Of a stretch of DNA of 32,000 bases, positions 25,622-32,000 are shown piece by piece (positions within the stretch are counted from its first letter, which is position 1; each line of letters opens with the position of its first letter). The position numbers and the translations under genes are program-made. The stretch covers positions 1,800,001 through 1,832,000 of the forward strand of contig NC_006138.1 in assembly GCF_000025945.1 (NCBI RefSeq), given 5' to 3'. The notes beneath the pieces were generated by a model that did no database searches, had not been told where the DNA came from, and worked only from the letters and a program-made list of their open reading frames with translations. This DNA comes from Desulfotalea psychrophila LSv54. GTDB taxonomy: Bacteria; Desulfobacterota; Desulfobulbia; Desulfobulbales; Desulfocapsaceae.

Positions 25622-26885
25622 TGTGTTCTCCCCTGTCAGGGCTGTCCCAGACAGCAAGTTTTCCCTTTTTGCGAATAATGGCCTTGGGAAGTGCCACCAC
25701 AATTGTAACGGCATTGATAAGCCAATAAATTGCTGGATACCATATGATCCAAAAGTAATAATGAAAAACGTCTTTTTCAAAACGCCGATCTATAAGAAAG
25801 CCTGCCAGGAACTGGATTAAGCAGATAAGAGCGATAAGGGCCCCCGTCCAGGTGGGAACAATTGATTTTATCTGTAGGTAATTTGGTAAATCAACGATCT
25901 GTCCCAGGATGAAGAGGATGGTGATTGTCCAAACACAGTATGCCCATATGGCGCCTGCCATATACTCGATGGCAATGGGAACCATCCTTATATATCGTAT
26001 ATCCCTGAGCATTTTTCCCAGATATCTCAAGAAAACCTCTGCGCCTCCCTGGGCCCAGCGTAACCTCTGCTTATAGAGCCCTGCCAGTGTCTCCGGCATA
26101 AGCACCCAGCAAAGTGCATTGGGCTCGAAGTGGATATTCCAAAATCGCAGCTGTAATTTCCAACTGATATCAACGTCTTCCGTTGCCATATCTGTGTTCC
26201 AGTAGCCGACGTCGTGGAGGGCTGCCTTACGAAAAGCTGCAACTACCCCGGAGACGGTAAATATTTTCCCATAGATACGTTGGGCCCTTTTTATGACGCC
26301 GATGATGGAGGAAAATTCGCCTATTTGAATTTTTCCTATTAATGTGGTTCGATTGCGGACGCGTGGATTGCCTGTTACTGCCCCAACTCTTGGATTCTCT
26401 AAAAATTGTTTTATAAGCCAGTGCAGGCAGTTGGGGTCAAGAACTGCATCTCCATCAATACAGACAAGAAATTCAGCGGAGGCGGCGAGAGAGCCCCAGC
26501 GCATGGCAGTGGCCTTACCCTGATTTTCTTTGAGGTAAATGGCCCTGACCTGTGGATAGGTATTGACAAGATGTTTGATCTGCTCTGCCGTGTTGTCTGT
26601 ACTGCCATCGTCTACAAGAATAATTTCATAGGAGGGATAGTTGAGCTTTGTTAAAAATCCTGTCGTTTCAACGATGTGCTTGCCCTCATTATAGCAGGGG
26701 ACAATGATTGAAACAAATGGATATTCTGTTAACTCGGGGGTGCGGGTATGGTCCAAGTCCTCTTTTTTTTCCCAATGAAAATAGTAGTATATTGCACCTA
26801 GGACCCATATTGGAGACATTATGCATGGGTAGAAGAGAACAAAATCAAAAAGGAATCTGACGACATCTTGTAGTATTTTGTCCAT
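25614..26885 (-). CDS. pgaC: poly-beta-1,6-N-acetyl-D-glucosamine synthase (GT2)
   Basis: 423 aa. It is near-collinear with E. coli PgaC: SIIVPCYNE, VDDGSTD, NQGKA, LVCIDGDA, RVGAVTGNPRVRNR.TL.GKIQ.GE.SSIIG.IKR.QRIYG..FTVSGV.AAFR, TED.DISWKLQL and QRLRWAQGG. Confidence 0.95.
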   Translation of the reverse strand: MDKILQDVVRFLFDFVLFYPCIMSPIWVLGAIYYYFHWEKKEDLDHTRTPELTEYPFVSIIVPCYNEGKHIVETTGFLTKLNYPSYEIILVDDGSTDNTAEQIKHLVNTYPQVRAIYLKENQGKATAMRWGSLAASAEFLVCIDGDAVLDPNCLHWLIKQFLENPRVGAVTGNPRVRNRTTLIGKIQIGEFSSIIGVIKRAQRIYGKIFTVSGVVAAFRKAALHDVGYWNTDMATEDVDISWKLQLRFWNIHFEPNALCWVLMPETLAGLYKQRLRWAQGGAEVFLRYLGKMLRDIRYIRMVPIAIEYMAGAIWAYCVWTITILFILGQIVDLPNYLQIKSIVPTWTGALIALICLIQFLAGFLIDRRFEKDVFHYYFWIIWYPAIYWLINAVTIVVALPKAIIRKKGKLAVWDSPDRGEHNE

Positions 26886-27373
26886 GATTTTTTACTGGTT
26901 ATTTTGCCTTCTGAGTATTTGATTGTGCCTCAACCGGATTCGGTTTGTTTATGACGAAATAATTGAGCGATAAGCATCACAAATGGCGTCATATTTTACT
27001 CACATTTTAAGCTTGTTATCTATTGTAGGCTTTTGAATTTGCCAATTCAAGGGACGAATTAAAAAAATTTCTTGTTAGGTCAAAGGCTTTGTAAGGTTAC
27101 TTTTCTGTAGGTAGTGCGGTAGATTTGCGTCAGGTTTTGGCGGCCATGATGTCACCCTGTCTGATTATAATATTTGGTAAAATCAAGGAGATGTGGCTGA
27201 TCTGGTTAGGACAAGGAGAGGGGCCCTATCGTGCTCTTTTTAGGAGAAAACTTAAATTTTTCATCAATGGACAAGTAAAATTATCCAGAACATGACAGCT
27301 TTGGCAGGGCCGAAGCCTGGGGCTGGCCTCTCCTGATGAGAGAATGTTGCTGAAAAAGAGGTGCGCCAGGGAA

Positions 27374-27399
27374 CGCTCTGCTACTGTGGTAGCAGAGCG
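27374..27399 (-). terminator. hairpin downstream of the DUF748 gene (probable terminator separating it from pga)
   Basis: 11-bp perfect stem CGCTCTGCTAC / GTAGCAGAGCG with a 4-nt loop, 77 nt after the stop. On the minus strand CUCUUUUUC follows only after 16 nt. Confidence 0.4.
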
Positions 27400-27475
27400 C
27401 TATGGAGCTGTTGCCAGGCGTATGGCTTTTCTGGAAGTAGAAGGTTTAATAATGAATGGAAGTTCTGGCAGGGGC

Positions 27476-30400
27476 TTAATCGTTTTCTCTGGCAGTTAAG
27501 TAGAAGTGAGCCTTATTGTCTGATTTTTCTGTGAGCTTATCTGCGCGTATTACTCTCACCCGCTCTTTTGCCAGCCCTAGTTGTTTGGTAAAAACATTTG
27601 CTATCATCTCAGATCGTTGTTGAGCAAGACTTAGAAGCATCTCGTGGCTGACATCGACGGGCTCTGCCTGAAGAGGAATGAAGATATTTTCCTCAATGAA
27701 GCCCTCCTCGTCTGTTGCTAGTTCCGGGCCTCTGCGTTCAGCCTGCCAATTAGCCAAGCGTTTTTTGTTGATGGCCTCCACTCGTTTGCGCTCTGTCGTG
27801 GTGAGTTGCTCCTGTAGCGCTTGGCGATCTGCCTTCAGTGATGCCTCGCCTCTGATCTGAATATTGATAAGGGGGTAGGCTAAGAGAAATTTTTGCAGGC
27901 GGATCAGGGTGTGCATGCCCTTTTCTGAGAGACTTATTTGGCCGAAACGAAATAGCATGGAACTCTTGTCTATAAGGTCTTTAAAACTCTTGTCTGCCAC
28001 TAAAAACGGTGAAATTTCACTTTTTATCAGGAGTTTATTGATATATTTTTCTGTCTCTTCCAGTAGAGTTTTTTCGCTTGTTCCCTTTTGAGTCTGGCTT
28101 AAAATTGAAATTTTTGGATGACTGTTTTGCCCCTGCAGCAGGGCCATAAGGAGAGTAAGTCGCTTGTCTTTGCAGGATGGCGATATAAATTCTATATCTG
28201 TAATTGTGCTTGATTTCTGTCTGTTTTCTTGTCCGTAGATCTTTGCGTTGAATCCCCTGGCCAGAGTTTTTTCTCGGAGGAGACGGGATTGCTTGGCGAA
28301 AAGTTCTGGCGGGATATCTGTCAGGCGCAGGGTGTATTCGTTACTGGGCCCAGGTGCGAATACCTGCATATTTCCATGAATAGTTAGAGCTGTCTGCTTT
28401 ATTTTTCCGCTTGCCTTAAAGGTAATGGGCCCTTTGTTTTTCGAATCAATGGGCTCAATAGTGCCGGAAAAGTTTGTTATCTTTTCTCTCCATGTGGGTG
28501 ACATGCGCTTATCATTGATTGTCAGAGTTCCAGCTGTAAAGGATATTTTTTTGATATTGATAAACTGCCCTCTCTCTTCTTCCTGTTTCCCGAGGAGGTT
28601 GGCAAAAGCCTTTTCAGCCTTCTGGTAAGGTGGTGGGGAGTTAGATTCTCTGTCCCAGCTGATAAGAGGTTTTTCGATATCTATGCTGTCCATCTTTAAT
28701 GCCCCGCTTGCCCTGTCGTATTGAATCTTTTTAAAGGAGGCTTTTTGCCAGGAGAAACGTTTATCCAGGCCCGTTTTGATGGAGCCATTTTGGGCGATAA
28801 TGTCTCCTTTGAAGGAGGTATTGGGCAGTATGAAGCGTCCCTTACCAGAGAGGCGTGCCGTACTTTTATGAAAAAGAGCTTGTGAGCTGAAATAGGGTAG
28901 GACCGTTTCTGCCTTAATGGTAGAAAATTCTGTTTCTAGCCAGAGGGAGTAGGGGGTAAGTTTTGTCCGCCCTCTGCCCTGTAGGGATCCCCCATCTATG
29001 GTTTTTGCCGAGATCTTAATGTTATCTGTATTTATCTGCTTTTCGTTTAACCTGTCCGTTTTTAAGCTGAATGAGGCCAGCTTGATTGTGGGCTTGTTTG
29101 TTTCTGTGAGCGTTCCCTTACCCTTTATCTGTAGGGAGGCAAGTTTTATATGATCCTGGCCGGTGGAGAAATTTCTGAAGAGGACAGGGAGCTTTTTGTT
29201 ATTAATGTTGAGCGTCGCCCTCTCTATGGAGATATCTCCCAGTGTTCTGTTCATGGGAGACAGGTTTACCCCAGACATGGTGACTATGGGGGCTGTGAGC
29301 CAGTCTTTGCCCCTATCCTGTAGCACTACACTGTTGAATTTGATCTTGCCTTCGCCCAAACGCAGAGAGAAAAGAGAGTTCTTGTCCCCGGTGATATCCA
29401 GCTGTCCGCTGAGTATGCCTCTGCCGTGATCGCCTTTTCCTGAGGTAATTCCTGCATATTGAAAAAAATCATTAAGGGAAAAATTTTTCAGTTCGATTCT
29501 ACCCTCGGCACTCTTCTTCTTGATCTTGCCCTGCCAAGAGAGCTGAGCTTGGGATGTCTGGGCCTCTATATTTAATTGGGCGGGGGAGGAGTCGTCGCTA
29601 TTGCTCCAGTTTTGCAGGAAGAGGTTGATTGTTTTTACCTTGGCTTCCTGGCCAAGACTTAAGCTGCCATTTTTTATAGTAATTTTTTCTACTACGACAG
29701 TCTCTCTCTCCTGCTGTCCTGCTTTTTCATCTGGCAGGAGTATGCCTATATCTTTAATGGCGAAACCCTTTGGTAGCTGTAGGCTTGGTTGCTCCAGTTG
29801 AAAATCTTTGATCAGGGTGTTTCTTGAAAGAGGTTGGAATTCAGCCCTTATTTGAGACCTTGGAATATTGATGCTGGCCTTTTTTGAATTATGGCGCAGA
29901 GTAATATTGGTTGCCGTAATGTTCATGCCCAGAGTAAGGGTTTCCACCGAATTTTCTGTGGAGTTGAAAAATAGGTCAATGGAACCTGTGCCAAGACCGC
30001 TTTTTATTTCAAAGGGAATATGAAGGGGCAGGTAGCTGAAGTAGAGGGGCAGATCAAGATCTTTTACCTCGCAGCTAATTCGGGAATCTTTCCCATAACT
30101 GTTTTTGCTGAAATGAATGGGACTGCCATTAATAATGGCAGAAAAATACGGTTTCGTGGTGATCTCTGTTCCGGAGTCGAAGTTGTTTATTGTTGGCAGG
30201 GATATTTTTATATCCTTGCCATGGTGTGTTTGTTTTCCAGGAATGTCTTGGAAAACAAAGCTTCCATTTTCCATGACAATATTATTAAAAGAAAATAAGA
30301 AGAGAGACTCTTTTATAGCTGCAATATTGGTTATTAATTTTCCGTTTTTATCCTTGAAGAGAGAGCCGAAATTATAAAGATTAGCCCCCTCTTTTTTTAG

Positions 30401-30868
30401 CGCGAGGTGGACTCCATTGAGTGTGCTCCTTCGGCTGGTGAATTTCTTATGGAGTAATCCCAAGGGCTCAATTGCGGTGGAGAGGCTGTCTATGCTAAGG
30501 AGGGGGGCTTGGTGGTTGTTGGCACCAGGTTTTTTTATCTCTGCCTTTATTATTGAGATTTCAAAGGAAAATGGATTTGCCTTTACCTCTTCAATTTCAA
30601 GTTTGAATTCGCTGTGGGCTGCGACATATTCTGGCAGGACATTTTTAATATAGTAGGGGACAGCAAAAAAGCCCAAGAGAGAGTAACTGGCCAAGAGAAG
30701 GGCCAATGTGAAGAACAGTATGGGCAGGGCCCTGCCCCTCTTTCTCTTTTTGGCAGGAGGGCTCGAAGGAGGCTTTGGGCTATGGCCTGTCTTTTTTATC
30801 TGTTTGCTGGTTTTTTTTGTACGTGTTTCTGGTGCGTCTATGGAAATAGAACCAAAGTCATCAGCCAT
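27476..30868 (-). CDS. large envelope protein, DUF748 / AsmA-like family candidate (~1130 aa)
   Basis: A Lys/Pro-rich N-terminal tail (KKTSKQIKKTGHSPKPPSSPPAKKRKRGR) and a single TM helix (ALPILFFTLALLLASYSLLGFFAVPYYIKN) are followed by about 900 residues of repetitive beta-rich sequence. The C-terminus has OmpA-like remnants (INIQIRGEAS ... LSLAQQRSEMIANVF.KQLGLAKERVRV). I prefer the ATG at 30868; the ORF-track TTG at 30994 adds 42 unlikely residues. Confidence 0.55.
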   Translation of the reverse strand: MADDFGSISIDAPETRTKKTSKQIKKTGHSPKPPSSPPAKKRKRGRALPILFFTLALLLASYSLLGFFAVPYYIKNVLPEYVAAHSEFKLEIEEVKANPFSFEISIIKAEIKKPGANNHQAPLLSIDSLSTAIEPLGLLHKKFTSRRSTLNGVHLALKKEGANLYNFGSLFKDKNGKLITNIAAIKESLFLFSFNNIVMENGSFVFQDIPGKQTHHGKDIKISLPTINNFDSGTEITTKPYFSAIINGSPIHFSKNSYGKDSRISCEVKDLDLPLYFSYLPLHIPFEIKSGLGTGSIDLFFNSTENSVETLTLGMNITATNITLRHNSKKASINIPRSQIRAEFQPLSRNTLIKDFQLEQPSLQLPKGFAIKDIGILLPDEKAGQQERETVVVEKITIKNGSLSLGQEAKVKTINLFLQNWSNSDDSSPAQLNIEAQTSQAQLSWQGKIKKKSAEGRIELKNFSLNDFFQYAGITSGKGDHGRGILSGQLDITGDKNSLFSLRLGEGKIKFNSVVLQDRGKDWLTAPIVTMSGVNLSPMNRTLGDISIERATLNINNKKLPVLFRNFSTGQDHIKLASLQIKGKGTLTETNKPTIKLASFSLKTDRLNEKQINTDNIKISAKTIDGGSLQGRGRTKLTPYSLWLETEFSTIKAETVLPYFSSQALFHKSTARLSGKGRFILPNTSFKGDIIAQNGSIKTGLDKRFSWQKASFKKIQYDRASGALKMDSIDIEKPLISWDRESNSPPPYQKAEKAFANLLGKQEEERGQFINIKKISFTAGTLTINDKRMSPTWREKITNFSGTIEPIDSKNKGPITFKASGKIKQTALTIHGNMQVFAPGPSNEYTLRLTDIPPELFAKQSRLLREKTLARGFNAKIYGQENRQKSSTITDIEFISPSCKDKRLTLLMALLQGQNSHPKISILSQTQKGTSEKTLLEETEKYINKLLIKSEISPFLVADKSFKDLIDKSSMLFRFGQISLSEKGMHTLIRLQKFLLAYPLINIQIRGEASLKADRQALQEQLTTTERKRVEAINKKRLANWQAERRGPELATDEEGFIEENIFIPLQAEPVDVSHEMLLSLAQQRSEMIANVFTKQLGLAKERVRVIRADKLTEKSDNKAHFYLTAREND

Positions 30869-31188
30869 AATAAATATATTAATGTGTTGGTGATAGAGAT
30901 ATAGCCCATCTGTATGAAATAATAAGCTGAGATGGCGATAAGAGATATTTTCATTTTCAATGATATTAATGCCCTGAGTATAATCGTTTTTCAAGAAGAA
31001 ATGTTTGTTTGAGGAAAAAAGAGTGATAATTATCTAAAAAAAGGACAATTCTAGAAAAAGTTATGCTATACTGAGTTGTAAGTTGTGGGTGCTTTTTTTG
31101 TTGTTAATTAACAGGGAAAGCCCAATTTATAATGATCCTTTGACTCCTATGTTCTCTCTGTTGAGAGACGACAACAATTTGAAAAAAT

Positions 31189-31980
31189 ATGTTTGATATT
31201 GTGCGTTATTTTCGCTGGCAGGATATATTAGATATTCTGGTTGTCGCTTTTGTGATTTATCAGTTGATATCTATTATTCGTGGAACCAGATCGGTGCAAA
31301 TGGTTGTAGGGCTTGGTGTTCTCTTTGTTGTCTACGCTATGGCTTCACTTCTCGATCTTTCTGTGCTTACCTGGATCATGCGTACCTCCTTGAGTTCTCT
31401 TTTTCTTATCATTATTATTGTCTTTCAGCAGGATATTCGTAGAGCCTTGACCCAGGTTGGGCAATCCCCCTTTCAAAAACATGCCGATGTGGTTGAAAAA
31501 GATCTCGATGAGGTAATACGTTCGGTTTTTTATCTCGCCAAGCGTCGGATTGGTGCTCTCATTGTTATTGAACGGGAAAACGGTTTGGGGGAGTACGTGG
31601 AATCGGGCTTTATCCTCAATGCTAAACTGTCAAAAGAGTTGCTTATATCGATATTTATGCCCGTTTCTCCTCTGCATGATGGGGGGGTGCTCATTAGCAA
31701 GGGACGAATTGAACATGCAGGTTGTATCTTGCCGCTTACGCAAAATCCCTATATAAATAAAAGGTATGGCACAAGACATCGGGCCGCAATTGGCATATCA
31801 GAGGAGACCGATGCTGTTATACTTGTGGTCTCTGAGGAGACCCAAGAGGTGTCCATTGTTCAGTATGGCTCCCTGACTACTATCAATGATGAGATGAGTT
31901 TGAAAACGAATTTGCGGGCAATTTTTTTGGACAAGAAGAAACAAAACTCCTTTTGGCAGGATTGGGTGGGACGAAAATGA
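31189..31980 (+). CDS. cdaA: diadenylate cyclase (c-di-AMP synthase), membrane-anchored CdaA type
   Basis: 263 aa. Three N-terminal TM helices, then the DAC domain: GALIVIERE, PLHDGGVLI, GTRHRAAIGISEETDAVILVVSEETQEVS. Confidence 0.9.
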   Translation: MFDIVRYFRWQDILDILVVAFVIYQLISIIRGTRSVQMVVGLGVLFVVYAMASLLDLSVLTWIMRTSLSSLFLIIIIVFQQDIRRALTQVGQSPFQKHADVVEKDLDEVIRSVFYLAKRRIGALIVIERENGLGEYVESGFILNAKLSKELLISIFMPVSPLHDGGVLISKGRIEHAGCILPLTQNPYINKRYGTRHRAAIGISEETDAVILVVSEETQEVSIVQYGSLTTINDEMSLKTNLRAIFLDKKKQNSFWQDWVGRK

Positions 31981-32000
31981 AAAATACATGGCAACAGGTT
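31977..32000 (+). CDS. start of the next ORF (MKNTWQQV...), possibly the cdaA regulator CdaR/YbbR; truncated by the window end
   Basis: ATGA overlap with the cdaA stop. Only 8 codons are visible, so the identity is inferred only from the usual cdaA-cdaR arrangement. Confidence 0.25.

Noticed and set aside
27121-27150. Minus-strand GGCCGCCAAAACCTGACGCAAATCT resembles the GCAAACC...GACGCAAAGC words of the c-di-GMP-I (GEMM-I) riboswitch, which would suit a pga leader.
   Set aside because: The two words are adjacent, with no intervening P1 hairpin, GNRA tetraloop or receptor architecture. The resemblance is limited to about 8-9 nt each. An Infernal scan would settle it, but by eye the fold is absent.
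27185-27250. Cluster of four AGGA motifs (AAGGAGA, AGGACA, AAGGAGA, TAGGAGA) as CsrA-binding sites or a CsrB-like sRNA, prompted by the nearby fliW and the E. coli pga-CsrA paradigm.
   Set aside because: The motifs are on the plus strand, antisense to the pga leader. On the sense strand I count only 2 GGA in 26886-27360. The 6 plus-strand GGA in that interval are about what chance predicts. No flanking promoter/terminator pair defines an sRNA, and the only downstream stem is 4 bp.
20740-27475. The pga operon as a mobile island bounded by inverted repeats. Several short similarities link the two flanks: TTTGCGTCAG, CTGCTAC..TGTGGT, CAGCTTCGGGCC/CAGGCTTCGGCC.
   Set aside because: The shared words are short (13 nt or less), not collinear between the flanks, and at the level expected by chance. 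There is no integrase, transposase, tRNA or target-site duplication. Only the best motif is kept, as a low-interest finding.
30869-30994. N-terminal extensions offered by the ORF track: DUF748 from TTG 30994, pgaD from 25780, paralogue 2 from 10386, the membrane protein from 11319, the GalT-like gene from 19844, trpG from 5415 and lolC from 13692.
   Set aside because: In each case the extension starts at a non-ATG codon and either overlaps the upstream gene or covers promoter-like sequence. It also adds residues absent from the conserved family N-terminus. An internal ATG with better context exists, so the shorter coordinates are reported.
31102-31113. 12-bp perfect palindrome TGTTAATTAACA in the divergent DUF748/cdaA intergenic region as an operator.
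   Set aside because: It is a short, almost A/T-only palindrome in an A/T-rich spacer, so it is plausibly chance. There is no second copy or half-site repeat nearby.
1-32000. I looked for CRISPR arrays, IS elements or transposases, integrases, toxin-antitoxin pairs, restriction-modification or other defence genes, reverse transcriptases, and tRNA/rRNA genes.
   Set aside because: None found. There are no regularly spaced 25-40-nt repeats and no ORFs with DDE, tyrosine-recombinase, RT, nuclease-helicase or methyltransferase motifs other than rsmI. No cloverleaf-like sequence appears in the intergenic regions. A tRNAscan/Infernal run would be needed to fully exclude small RNAs.

Overview
This is a chromosomal, mostly housekeeping segment of a diderm (Gram-negative) bacterium. 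LolCDE, a PgaA porin and an AsmA-like envelope protein support that. The gene arrangement looks deltaproteobacterial or Desulfobulbaceae-like to me, but I could not check this.

Gene order:
- Plus strand: purN 3' end, pyrR, a double-length U32 family protein, rpsT, then trpE-G-D-C-F.
- A 368-nt ORF-free spacer that ends in a tandem heptamer array.
- A minus-strand cluster of unknowns: two tandem 158-aa ferritin-like/helical-bundle paralogues with duplicated promoters, a ~294-aa polytopic membrane protein, and a 60-aa protein.
- lysS-lolC-lolD (minus strand).
- trpB-trpA (minus strand), split from the rest of the trp genes.
- An orphan fliW.
- rsmI followed by a 541-aa GalT/HIT-like unknown.
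- A PNAG operon in the non-canonical order pgaC-D-A-B.
- A ~1130-aa DUF748/AsmA-like protein.
- cdaA, then the first codons of a likely cdaR.

I saw no rRNA, tRNA, CRISPR array, transposase, integrase or recognisable defence gene.

The best candidates for something undescribed are:
1. The 8.65-11.8 kb block. It holds the paralogue pair, the membrane and small proteins, a shared TATACAGCTG box present three times, an (AGCTGAT)x4.7 array, and an orphan plus-strand terminator.
2. The GalT-like protein with a divergent active-site motif, apparently co-transcribed with rsmI.
3. The rearranged pga operon together with the AT-rich DUF748 gene and its 590-nt upstream region.

None of these can be assigned a function from sequence alone. 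All family calls rest on motif recognition by eye, not on searches.
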